A stretch of 64,000 nt of DNA from NCBI GenBank assembly GCA_965285935.1, contig OZ260663.1:87544001-87608000 (forward strand). Direction: 5' to 3'. The notes under the pieces are model-generated. The model saw only the letters and a list, made by a program, of their open reading frames with translations, was not told where the DNA came from and searched no databases. A program made the position numbers and the translations under genes. Below, one piece after another: positions 26,151-39,588 of this stretch (position 1 is its first letter; the number at the start of each line of letters is the position of its first letter). This stretch comes from Ophelia neglecta (taxonomy: Eukaryota).

Positions 26151-29100
26151 GTATCTCGTTTTTTATATGCTCGATAACTAATATATAATGTGTTTACCGG
26201 GTGGCCATTCCCGTTTCGGCAACTACAAGGATATGATGCAATAACTGGATAAAGGGTTCCTGGTAGTGCATGGCTTCTTTAGAATGGAATGTTAGGTTAG
26301 TCCTCGATAACTTTATTAGACTTCGTAAATATACACGGGCACATTACATGCAGGCAAACAATAATAGGTCACTGCGGAGCATATTTAGTAAGGTTTGTTA
26401 CTATCTACCTTACATGGCTATTATATAAGCCATTCCCCTGTATTTGTACCGAAAGAAAACTTTGTTACAGTGTAAGCCATTTCGTATCGGCCTTAAAGAA
26501 TATGAACTGCTGTCACAATGCTATACCATTGAGAAATGTTATCCTCGTGTTCAAATTATCTTGTGGTATTATTGCTACTCTGAGTTCGTTGACCTGCAGA
26601 AAAAAGCAAAATCTTTACTCGAGAATAGTCCTTCCAATTGTCCCGAATTCCAAATAAATATATATATCAGCGCAGTAATAACATGAACAGAAATTCCTTT
26701 CCGTCGTAAAAAGCTGAGTCAGCCATTGTGATAAGTTCCATCCCCTTTATTTCCATACCGCTAACTCATCACATACTCTTATCACGCCAATGTTATAAAT
26801 AGGCCAATTCTTCACCCGATAATCCTAGCAATCATCCATCCATGTGTAATCACATGGAAAGAAAATCGTCTCCGTCGTTAAGCTTCAAGAGATAGGCCAT
26901 TCACCCATATCATCACATAATGTGTTTGCTAGAGGGCATTGACTTGCGGTCATCTCAGTTTTTTATCAATCGCACCATCACGTAATGCCGTAGTGCGATA
27001 AGGAGGAGAATTATGGCACAACCCTTACAAGGCTTCATGTTATTGCCGACAGGAAAGAGCTTTAAGGTTCATCCGAACAATTACACCACACTTTCAACCT
27101 ACGGACACTTCCAGATATTTTTAGAATACACCTACAATGTATGAGGGCACTGTCCACGACACTTATAAGGGGCGCTTCAAGTACACATCCATTAATATTT
27201 ACCATCCGGGAAATGACCTTAAAATATACAAAAGACTAACAAGTAATGGAAGACTCCTGTTGAGTGAGATTCATGTTGGTCCTGCTTATCTTAATCATGC
27301 AACTAGAAGCAGGCCACGACTGCCTCGAGGCTTGTGCTGTCTTAATACCTGATTTTTTTTTGTTTTCAGTAGGCTACAATAATTGATAAAATAGGAAATT
27401 CTGAACAACGCCTTACTATATTCTGTGGTTCGTAACGTCCAGGTATGCATTGATCAAGTCAATAAAAAGGGACATCACAATTTTGACTAAACTCGGTCGC
27501 ATATTCAAGACAACTCTGCACATAGTCTCACGGTACTGTAAAAGCTTAGTCCATCAAAGAGGCGCCAAGGGTATCTTTCTTCTTTGTCTTATTTTGACTA
27601 CTGACTCATATGTTTTGTGCTCTGGGTCGCACTATGTAAAATTGACAACTTCACATTGCAATTAATATCGAATATATTAAAAAAAAAAAATCCGTTACGA
27701 CTTTAAATATACTGGTAGGAAGCAATGAAGACGAACGATACTCGCCTGATTTATTTTTAGACAGACAGAAGTGAATTGAACCGGCACATGCGCTCTAATA
27801 CTCACTGACGTACTTATGAACAATGACCGCATCCACACTTTAATTTTTTTTTATTGGATTGTAACTGTAGATTGTGTGCCAGTACCTATTGAAATATATT
27901 CTTATTTCAAGTGTGTTACGTGATAATAATACACGCCTAATCTCCTTCGTGAATGAGAGGGTTTAAACAAAGAATTGTTCAAACCCGTCCTAGTTACAAT
28001 AGCGCTATGAAAGAAGAGTCTTGTTGGGTAAATGACAAAAGAATCAAGGTCAGCGAGAGGAATTATTAGATATTCGTTCTCACGTTTCTCGATTGATTTA
28101 TTTTATGTGTGTGGACTAATGGTTTCGCTTTGTATGCCGGGTGTCGACTCATAGGTCTCATTACTCAACAACAATATGTGCATTCATGTATATGCATGTA
28201 TATAATTAGTATACATCAGTGTGGTGGTACTTTCTATTGAATCTAAGCGTCGAAACGCTAAACGCAACCATTTTTATATTAATGTTGTCAAATTAGCATG
28301 AAGTCCCACTAACACGCTGAGTAGGGCCAAAGGGTAAAAATTCCGCATATTTGTATGGATACAGGGTCATATTAAAAGGGTAAAGTTTGAATAAAAGGTA
28401 AACGGCAAACGCTTAATTAATTCCGGTTGGTGAATTTATCATCGTTAACTCAAATAAGAAGTAGTCATATATCAGGATCCACCAGACACAGGCCCACATG
28501 CATCAGTCTCCAGCTCCCACACTGTAAATAAACTAACACTGAGAAAAGCAATTACTTTCTAAACCCAGATATCCTAAGAATATCAGGGCATTAACTTCAA
28601 GGTCAAAGGCAAAATATTGGTCATTCAGTTAAATGATGTTGTTATGTGGACGATGCATGAGGACAATTGCGATTCCTTGTAGATTCTGGTTCATGAATAA
28701 CCTCTTAAAGACCTTGATTAAAACAGAATTGAACATCACATTTTGTTGCTTGTGTTTATAAATACGCATTTATCTGAAGGGAAGCAATGGTGCGCGGAAT
28801 GAATAATGAAAAAGGGTACGCTAACGTCTATCGGTAGACAGCTGATCTTTTGGACGGGTATTTGTCGAATTTGAATAGTGTAAATTTCATGGCGATTGCT
28901 TAATTTGATTGTCTGAGGTGCATATTTAGAAATATACAGATTCAGTCGCCGCTAGTACACACTTATAGGGACAAATGTCCATATGTGTCATCGATACGGT
29001 TAACAATTCCTATATCTAAGCCCATCTCTATTAAAATAATATATGTTTTGGAAAATGTTACTGCCCATCGACTTGAAAATTAACGCATACACTATATGAA

Positions 29101-32100
29101 ATGAAAAACCCGCAGTTTATCAGCTAAACCGTCATCAGCATTAGCTAAATTAATACTCCATATATTTATGCTGTCTTTGAATGCTTTCTGAAGAAACATA
29201 AACCAAGATGGATTTCAATTACCAACATCATAGAACTAATAAAAGAGCATCAAAATAGAGTTTCCACCTACAATACGACCATAGCGACCACTCTCTTCGA
29301 AGGGAGGAGATAAATGTCAAAGCAGTGTCTCCCATAAAGCGCAAATTCATTCCAGACGGAATGGATTTTCTGTCCCATTTTATGGATTTAATGTTCTTTA
29401 TTGTTAATAAGCCATCAATAAATACTTGTTTTTAATGAAAAAGTGCTCATTTTATGAATGAAACTGCAGCAGCAGACTCATTGTGATAAAACCCATTTAT
29501 TAAGTAGAAATAGATAAAAACTATTTAATCCTCAACAAAGGAAACTCATCCATAGTAAGGGAACTGAGGACTGCTGCTTAATGGCCTGCCCCTGAAGGTT
29601 CCCGATGAATTGGGGCCAATTTAATGGACTTTACTTAATTAATGACTTGTCTGTCGGAAATCCACTCCTCTCGTTTTTATTCGTTTTGAGAGTGACGTTT
29701 TGTAATCAGTGGCATAAAGGAAAAGACAAGAAATGTAGTGTTGCGCGTATGACCTGAGGTAACGAAGTAACGTAAAAATATGCCTAGTCTCAATTTTTTT
29801 CGATTTTGTCCCTCTAGGTGCTCTATAAAATACCACTGAAAAATCCGTGAAGTCACTTGTACCATTAAAAAAATAATCAATAATCTTTGCCTAACGACTT
29901 GAGATATATGGGAAACATATGGGAAACATCGAGGATGCCTGCCGACTCCATTTGACTACTACGTCATGCATATATATACCAAATGCTACTAGAGCCTAGC
30001 CTTATGACACAGCGCCTGCAGGGCCTTAACCTCTCCATGGTCAGGGCCTAGGCGCACGGAATAATTTGACCCACCCATTTCCGTATCCAAAAGCGTTCAG
30101 AGACTTAAACTGTGTTCACAACCGCGACATACGAACTCAACCATAATAGGTGGGTCGAGGACGATGTTAGCAGCGTTGAATGTATAAGAATTGATTTTAA
30201 TTATACTAAACCAATTTAGCTTGACAATTATTATGAATAATAATAATAGAATGTTATTTTCTTCTTCTCACTTTATAATGTTTGGCAGCCCTGCAAAATG
30301 AACTCAGCTTGGATGGAAAACCATTGAAATGAAAATGTTTAAACTAATTGCGTGGAGGGGAGAAGGGTACATAAGCGGTTAAATTGTAACCATCCTTTTT
30401 TTTAGTCGTAATTGCTAGTTCCTATGGACGAAGGTGACAATAAAACAAATATGCTTGACATGATTTTGAAGCCGTCACATACGCTTTCAAAACTACAAGT
30501 ATAGGTAAATTCAGCCTAATATACACAGGAAAGCAAATACCACTTGCGGAGGAAAAAAATATACCGTCGTGTAAATGTACCTTCACGTCTTGCATTCTGA
30601 AACCCGGAAATATTCATTATTTATTTGTACACGCTGGGCTTACCTAAAATGGGGCTCACATCTAAGCTAAAACAATAGAATCTTTGTCATTTTAAATATG
30701 CGTGAAAAAATTGACATATGCATAGCTTTGCCCCAGACAACATATTCAAATATATATATAGAAGTTGTTTCTTTCGTGGAGGTTGAAAATATGAAGTTGC
30801 CAAATCATAAGTGTCTTTTCAGCAAATAGCGTATGGCCCTTTCATAAAGCCCGAGTAAGAAGGTCAAAAAGGCAATTTAAAGGAGATTTGGTTGCATTCA
30901 GCTAGTGATAATACACGAATGTAACCTTTTTTTCGACTACTACACATGTGCTGAAGGACACTCTTGAAAATGCAAATTCGTTAAGACGTCTTTCAATTCC
31001 CTAGTTAAAACCAGATATTCAGAATATTGGATAGTAGAATACGTATCACGGCCTTCTTGTTTCTCTTATATTTATAAAATGACTAGGACCATATTATATT
31101 ATGAAGGTCCAGTCACGTTATTTGGCTCACTATTTCATATGTGTGCAATACATAGCTAAGGTAGAATAAGGCATCACCAGTCAAATAAACGATGAATGAA
31201 CTACAGATAAGCTTTGCTTTTGGGCTTCTATTCCTGTCTCTGGGACAAAGCAGTATTGAATACATCCTCTTTTATCCGAAACGAACATTCATTCAAACTG
31301 GTATACTAGCCTTGATGACCACAATATTGAAAGTAACAATTCTGGTCAAATGATACTGTTAAGTAAATGTATTAAGTAGATTAACCGAGTTTTTCAGCTT
31401 CTTGTTGTTGGCTACAGGGCTGCCTGAACCAACTTATCAACCCTATGTTCACAAGAAGTCAATATGATCAGTGGAATAGGCTTATTTGCAGTTCTTATAA
31501 ATGAATGATTCGAAGAATAAACACTAGAAACATGGCGAATTTCTGGTTATATGCTATGCTATTCTTGTGTTATTCAGTAAAACTGCTTGTGATTGACATC
31601 CAAATTGCGTTTTGACGGTTGATAAAATGCCTGCAAAGGGACCATCAAATCAGACTCACTAACTTGGCACTGGAAAGCATTGGAAACCAATACAAAAGAA
31701 ACAGAAATAATCTTCGCTGATCCGCTTAACATAGTATTGGTATTAAAATTGATACCGAGAAGAATATTTTACTGGCAATAATAGCACGATCAATGAATAT
31801 AAGTTAGATCGGAAATTTCTTTTCCTTTCTTTGTAAGTATGACCATTGGGCAAACATGTGTAAGTTAAAAAGCAACCTTATAAACTTCCGATGTTGGAAC
31901 TTGTTGGTAATACAGAAAAGTCGTGATGGATGAAATGAAAGCTGCTTAAATCAAGAAATTCAATGAATGGAATTAAAGTGGCTTGGCTTACTGAGGCAAA
32001 TATGCAATAAAAGTCTCATTATCTGAGTAAGAACGGTCCAAAAAACGACATGAGGGAAACAAACATATAGTTTTTAAATACACGAATTCAAATTATATAT

Positions 32101-34839
32101 TAAAGACTCGGAACATACGGTATATTTAGATATTTGTTACTAAAGACTTTATGTAGTAGCATAATTCTAGAAACCGGAAGTAGGAACGAGCCGGCAGTAA
32201 ATTGTTTTTGCGTCACGCCCCTTGTTTCTTCTATTTACAGAGAAGGGCAGTACGTGATAAGAAAAGTAGGATCACTTTGAGCAACCGGATTCTGGAGTTG
32301 ACCAGTCGCTACGCAAAACCATCGCACAATTAGGGCTTAGGTCCGGTAAACAACTTTGTTGTTTACTTGGCCACTTGGTCGTAATTGTCAGCAGTCATTC
32401 ACTTACATTACATTCCCAATACTATTAAGTTCTGCTTTAAGACTACATCCTTGGTCAATGCGGTAATGTTGGCAATGACCTGTTCATTGTAACCCAAGGC
32501 AAAGACCATTGTATCAGGTATAATGTGAAGTTGAATAAAACTATACACATTTATGAAACAAGTCGTATTCTGGGGAAAATTGGTCTGCTTCTATACCGGA
32601 TTTTGAATGATATTTTCAAGAGGCGGCATAGTGTTTTCCTGGAAATGGATTGTCATGGTAATGGTTCTACCTTCTAACGTTCTGTAGATATAGGTATAGT
32701 TTAAAAACAACAGAATATTAGAAGATGAATTAATAACTCCGCTCTTGCGTTATGTGACTTCTCACATTTCCCCTGTTTCATGTGCCTTTCTCGTCTGAGT
32801 TGTAGGTATGCAATAAGAAGAAAAAGAAACAAGTGCCTTATCGCAACAAGAATGTTGAGTAAGAAAATATGTTGTTGCCTGGGGAGGCTACCCTGGATAA
32901 TGGACAGAAATCAATCCTTATCTCCCATTCTTTAATGAGAACAACTGGCGCTGATTCTTTTCGTGTTGTCAGGTAAAAACTTAAAAGAGACACAGTCGAG
33001 CAGCTTAGCATTCCAAGGAAATCATATCATCGCTTAATCGGCTTGTATAGTAATTCTGACAAGTTGCTCAATATGATCACTGAACGGCATAGGGCCACAT
33101 AAAAAATCATTATAAGCAGACAGATATGTGCCATCAGGAAATAGACAGTTAAGTGAGTGTTTCTTAGGAGTAGAGTATTTCATGCTTTGGCATGCGGGTG
33201 TTTTGTGCGAACAAAAAAACTTAGAACTGATTTGTGTTTCTCCACAGTCGTTAAGACAGCGGGTTTGTATTTCAACAACAAAAAAGTCATCTTATCTAAG
33301 AAACGTATCTGCAAACAAGGCACAAGTGAAACGTATACCATCTCTCCCCTGGCAATCCGCTAGAGCGGTAGAATTGCTTTCCCGCTTCGGCCTGCGTCCA
33401 CTATAGTAGACCTTTTTATAGTAACACTATCGGGCTAGTAGTGTTGTTTTAGAACTTGGTAAATAGTAATCAGCATAATTCCACTGGAATATGTTGGAAG
33501 ATGCTCAAATGGCATTTGTAAGGGCGCCTCTAGTGGACAAAATCATAGCCAGAGCTGGAAGCATATTAGAGCATAACCACGTTGAGGTAAGCATACACCG
33601 GGACACAGATTCAGCAGCCAGACTTTAGAGCATAGAGATTACGTTTGCAGACAGCATAAAGCTTCCACAGTTGTGACAGTATTATTTAAATTGTCTGATC
33701 AATTAAACATTTGACATTTAGATACTTTGTCTAAGTGTCTTTGAATACATTTGGTCCTGGAAATTGTTGTCTTACAATTTTCCGATAATACCTGCTTCCT
33801 ACACTCTAAGGAAGATATGAAAATGTTACATGAACCATTTCCATTTTAATCGAGGCATGCCCAGAAACAAAACACCTAGGCTGTTAAGAAATAGACGTAC
33901 ATATTGTGGGCATTAAAATCAAGCGTACTATATAGAACAAAAATCATTAAATGAGGGTATGATGATTGTAATCACCTACAATATAGTCCAGCCCCTAAAT
34001 CTTCTCTATTCTCCAATCTGAAGATATATATACTAATACATATGCACATGCACAGAAGCCTGCGTGCACAGACGAAATTCATGTTGTGATAATTCGTAAG
34101 CCCCGCTTCATGACGAAAAGCCATGTTCAAGGCAAAGGCAGCAATCGGTCAACAAGCCATACCAGTATGCCATGATCCGTGAGCGATAAAGACGACTCGA
34201 CAATACCCAACAGTCAGACAAATGATCAGTGAGCGATAAAGGCGGATCAACGCAAGCAGCTGAAACAGCATTGAAATGTCAACTGCGAATGGGAAAAGCT
34301 CTCGAGGCGGAATAACAAGCCTGTTATGTGGCTTCTGTGCACTGTCATCTTGGCAATGGACTACGAGCCGTTTAAAATCGAATATATGACCTTTTGTTAA
34401 CAGTGCCAAAGAAAGGTGGCAAATCATAAAGGAATCGATGTCGTTGCGCTTTATCACTATAAAAGTAATTACATAAAAAGGCTTCCTACATTAAAAGTTT
34501 ATCTCGAATCCAACACCCATAGTATTTCAATAAACTATAAAATATATATACATTCCACCTATAATGATAGGCAACCAAGTGAAAAGGATACCCCAAGAAA
34601 GTTGAATAAAGATTAATTTTCATAGTAGCCCACGACTTCGGCCTAGGAATTCCTGGAAGAATACTACTTGTCAGCATTAACCTGTATCCGGAACATAATA
34701 CACTACACCAGGTGACCAAATATAATCTCAGTGACTTGAAACGTGCATGAAACACAGTTAATGTAATCAAATAATTACTGAGAAATACTGAGATATGTTC
34801 ACATGAGCACAATTGCCCGCCTTCCTGTAATTTTCCTTA

Positions 34840-35850
34840 CGAAATCTTTGTAATATCCGACAAATTCTGACAAATTATTTGTTATCATGAAACATTGCAA
34901 TTAAGACCCGAATTATAAATCCTAGAGAACCCTTACCCAATCGTTGCAATAAAAGATTCAAATTCAATTGTTGCTTTATTCCCTGTTCTATTTTCATAAA
35001 ACTGGTTCATACATTCTGAGAAATGTGAACTTTGTCATATGAGAACGATGCCTTTACAAAACTTCAAAACATCGGGAGATCTGTAAGATTCTTCGAAATA
35101 TTTCGTCATATTTGACATTTTATGACAATATCTGACATATACTGACACTATATTTAAAAATGTTGACAAAACTGACATAATGTTGCGAGAAGTTTAGTGT
35201 TTACAACTTCATAAGAACATGTAATTAGTGGCAAGGCCCTTAGGATCTTATTACAACCCCAGGGCTTAGATAACATTATTTCGACCAAGTGATGTATTCT
35301 AAGGGAAGAGATAGATTTGGGGTGCGGGATTTCAGGATTCACGCACCCTTTCATAAAAAATCCCGCCTTAAACCACATCCTACGCCCGGGTCAGCGTACG
35401 CATATACAATATCCCAATATAACAGTTAGGCACGGGTGTTTTCAAACGTGCCACCAAATGTTTGTAATTTAATGGAATTTGTGCGGAATTTGTAAACATT
35501 TAGTTAGAATATGTAAGAATATGTAAGGTTTGACGCGTATTGTGGAAAAGGCGCCAAGGTTGGTTTATAGCATGTGCCGATCTGAGATGCAAAGACAGAT
35601 ATCTAACTTGGTATTTTTAACAGTTTAAAGTGAATCATTCATATTTAACAGATACAGTTCTCATAATATGTCTAGAATTTTAAAGAACACGTCGGAAATT
35701 GTAAATGTATGTCAGAATTTGTAAGAACTAATACGATAATACGTAATTGTAGAAAAGGTGCCAAACTATGGTTTTGAGCTTTTTTTTTCGAAGACATAGA
35801 TTTCTAAAGTCACTTTCTAATGGTTTTGATTATTCCAAATTCATATGTAC
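34840..35850. repeat. Degenerate 10-bp periodic repeat in inverted arms, plus ~220-bp tandem duplication
   Basis: CTGACAAATT-like units at 34855-34876 and 35100-35180, with reverse-complement GTCAGAATTT/GTAAGAATAT units at 35460-35530 and 35690-35727. TTGT.GAAAAGG.GCCAA occurs at ~35540 and ~35747. Confidence 0.6.
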
Positions 35851-36529
35851 CTGAAGGATAATTTATTTCCATAGACCAACAACGTCTTTTCGAGACCTTC
35901 CCAAATCTGTTGTCACTTACTTTCGCTATTTCTCACATGTTTCGAGATATTGGCCATTTTACGCCTGTGGGTGAGACAAGGCGCTTGGCAAATACCGCGG
36001 ATTGAGAGATAGCATAAAATGTGGTTCCAAGTATCATCTCTTGTTCTTGTATAACCAACACCTTTTTGCAGAAGAAAGGTCAGAATACAGACGTTGTAAT
36101 CAAAATGTCGCCTTTTGCAACCAATATTATATTACGAATGACTAATATGAACCATAACCTTTGTGTTCAATGCCTTTGTTATAATTATATCTAATAATCT
36201 AGTGGTAAATCTATTGTTATCTTTTAAGAATAGCGCGGAAGAATCCGAGGTTATCAATGTAATTCACCTTCTATCAAGAAGAAAGTAACCACAAAGAACC
36301 AAGGATTATTACGGAATGTAAATCGTTCCCCAATAGATCATTATATTTCCGTTATGATGCTTTCCGTACGTGTGCATAAAACAAATCATCTCTGTTCTAT
36401 AAAGACCCCGCTGTCCTGAGATGCTTCAGATGCCTTTCTATCGAAAAGCACTGTCCCAGCCCCGGGATACTCCCAGCTGACCCGAGGCGTAACCGATATA
36501 AAACTGATATAAAAACAAAGCGCAAATCA

Positions 36530-36600
36530 ACTTACCCTCCCTTTAGAACAAGAAACTGCGAAAGATGTACTTACCTGAAAAGAGGAAAAGCACAAATGAT
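36530..36600 (-). other. Recursive splice site (junction 36575|36574) with 39-nt RS-exon 36574-36536
   Basis: Minus strand reads tttgtgcttttcctcttttcAG|GTAAGTAcatctttcGCAGTTtcttgttctaaagggagg|GTAAGT. Confidence 0.75.
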
Positions 36601-37729
36601 AATACATTACAGCAGACATTAAAAACAATATATAATATATGGAAAAATATCTTGGCGAATTGAATTTTATCATGTCTAGACAGCAAGCTGATCTTATTTA
36701 TAATACATGTATATAGAGTTATTCTCACGAAATACTGTAACCAGCCAGAAATGTATCTCCAAATATTGCTTTACAAAGTTTATTTACAGGAGCTGGTTTA
36801 ACGCTGAATAAGACAACGCTACCTTTGAGTCAATGCAAGCCACTCAGCTGACAAATAATAAATGTCTATAGTCTTTGTAATACATCCCCCTTTCCTGGCA
36901 GCGTCGATATGAACAAGTCAGGTCAAAAAAGTGCCACATGAGCGACAATGTTTAAGTGAGTCGACCTTGGTGAAAGTGGGCCTTGTATTATGTATTGATT
37001 ATACCGCGAGTTATGGCTTCTAACAAGAATGGCTGCGCACACTTAACGGCCTATTGTAGCCTTATCGTCTTGATGGCATGTCGTTTATGTAATTATGCTT
37101 CTGTTGGCCTTTGTAGTCTCAGTATATATCATTCGAACCATTGGCAAATATCGAGGCAGGCATACGTGGTCCAGTACATAGCAATATACCTATATATAAC
37201 AGATGATTGACAAATTGCACAACACATTCTAACGTTAGAGAGTATGAGTTATCGTTAAACAATTCCTCTCAGAGGGTTTACCCAAAGACCTGGTTGGTAT
37301 GTGGGTGGGGGTGGCTGGGGGGGGGGTCCTTCCCACACCCTTGGTATGGCTCCGCCCAAGCCTTTGGGTGATCCTAGATTCACTGATGTGAGGGTTCTTG
37401 GATGATTTACACACGGATGCAATGTGAGAGGTTTTTGGCATCTTTTTAAGAGGCAGAAGTAATCAAGTACTGTGCAGTAATTCAATGCAATAAATGTAAT
37501 GGCTGACCTGCGTACAATGCTTCTGACATTTTTTATAAATCAATAATATCACTTATGAAGTGAACATCATACACCTTTTTCAATAGGCCTAATGCTGTTC
37601 TATCTTTTAGAAAAGCGCGATTAGAACGAACTTAAATTTAGTTAATATACTGCCCTAGGTAATTTGAAGGACACTGCATGACTTTTTTTCTCCATAGATA
37701 TTATATCTACTCGTATAACATGCTTATCA

Positions 37730-37765
37730 AGTTTAATACTTGATATTAGTTTAATACTTGATATT
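37730..37765 (+). repeat. Perfect 18-bp tandem duplication
   Basis: AGTTTAATACTTGATATT x2. Confidence 0.9.
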
Positions 37766-38649
37766 TGAGAGAAAGTGGTGCAATTATTTCGGAAAAGTAT
37801 GTCTCAGGCAGACCCATCACATATAGGAAATCATCCACAAAGACCTTGCTTACAAATGCTTAAAATACCTAGCTTAAACTCGGGGAAATATAGGATACAA
37901 ATGGACATATCTAAAAATTTAATCCGTTGATATAGTAATGAACTTTTTAACAAAGTTACCACCTGGGCGCTGCCTACTTATATAATAATGTTTGCTCGAG
38001 TCCCAAGTAAAGGATCATCATCTAATTTTGTGAATAACGAGATCTGTTTTTTTTTTAGAAATGTCAGGATAACATATAACAATCTGGTATTAAGCAGTTT
38101 CCATTCCCATTTCATTTTAGTTTATTTGTAAGCTTCGATACTTCTGTAAAAAAGTAAAAATAAGTAACATTGCTTCTGGTATTTTACCATGATTAAAGGT
38201 CCGTTTAGAAGATTACTAGCCTTGATCGCGACTGAGCTACGGGATATAATGCAGGAATTGACATTGACCAATATGACCCGTTCACCTTGAATCTGAGTAA
38301 GCATTGTGTCCATCCTCTTTGAAAATGATTACTTTTTCCCTCCTTTGTCATGAAAATTCAATCGCCTACAATCGCCGCCAGCTTCTCATCTTTGGTGACT
38401 GTTGGCCAACCGGTTATACTCGACAGTAAACGCAAGCCGCTCGTCTGCATGAACATGATTTACAGCCAATAGGGTCTGCATTGGTCGTCGGCAAAGTCGA
38501 AAAACATTTTTCAGACCAATCGCCGATATGCTCAGATATGAAGAAAACTATTTTATTTTTGAAACTACAACTGTTTATCTTGCAACATCAAGTTGACTGG
38601 CATGCTGAAAAATGATAATTTGTTTAATGGGCAGCGTAATGTTTTCAAA

Positions 38650-39400
38650 TACTTTTCGTATCTCCTGGCTGATTCGAGGGGATAGTATCTTCACCAAACT
38701 GCTGTTTTTCGATTTCAAATTGTAAAACCAATAGTTCTCCATGTCTACCAAGATCAGATGACATGCAGGATGCTCTTTTGTAAATGGTTCCCGTTTGTGT
38801 AGGTCTACTGTGGCAAGTGTGGTAAGAAGCTTTGTAATTCATTATTCAATTTTCCTCTTGGCCTTAATTTACCTTGACAGTGATCAGTGAGGAGGATGTA
38901 TGGTTTGGTCAGTGTGTAGTGACTTGGTTGCAATTGCGCTACAGAAACAGTGTGCCCTGAAATTGTTATTTACCAAAAGCCCGTTAATAGTACACCACTG
39001 GTTATTTATAGTTGAGAGTATTGGAGAATGAAGATCTTTTCCTGGCTGTTGGTGCTCTTAGACCTACATCAATTGAACCAACAGCCATCTACAGAAATCA
39101 AAGATCTCGCACTGCCTTCATTTCCTCGCTGGCATTAGTCATAACAGATTTATAAGCCACAATATTGGTTATATTGCATGATTTTAATGTTCATTAGATT
39201 ATGGCGGCAAGGTAAAGTTCTAAACAGGTTGGTAGTTTCAGCCTTCAGCCAGTAAATGATGTGTAGCGTCCTGTATTTTGTGCTAGTAGCCACAAAGGAA
39301 ATTGGGGAGAACAGAACCCTGAGTGATCAAAACAATAATTGGACTCAGTTGCTGGCTTAAAGACGACATCGTACTAAATAATACATGGCATTCTCAATGT
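38650..39400 (-). mobile_element. Very degenerate LINE RT relic
   Basis: TQGSVLP at ~39303-39324 (cf. PQGSVLSP). The rest is barely recognisable and the extent is uncertain. Confidence 0.33.
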
Positions 39401-39553
39401 CTAAGAAAGGCCTGCTAAACACCTACAGTAGCACACAGGAAGGAATGGTTGGTAAAGGATAGACAATCCAAACTGAACAAATTCTTTCTATTGAAGAGGT
39501 TGTGAGATGTTTCCTTTCATCCAGATGGTGAGGAAGAGGTTGGAATGCCGTAT

Positions 39554-39588
39554 GGGGGGAGGGGGGTTGGGGGTGGGGGGGTGGGGGG
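39554..39588 (+). repeat. G-tract cluster with G-quadruplex potential
   Basis: Five runs of 5 or more G separated by 1-2 nt. A similar cluster lies at 37303-37327. Confidence 0.7.

Noticed and set aside
30635-30660. Minus-strand ccccattttAG|GTAAGC as a ratchet point
   Set aside because: Short pyrimidine tract with an upstream AG about 10 nt away, non-consensus +6, and no GCAGTT or clear second donor.
32951-32980. Plus-strand ctgattcttttcgtgttgtcAG|GTAAAA
   Set aside because: Weak donor, opposite strand to the gene and no supporting plus-strand exons, so it is treated as background.
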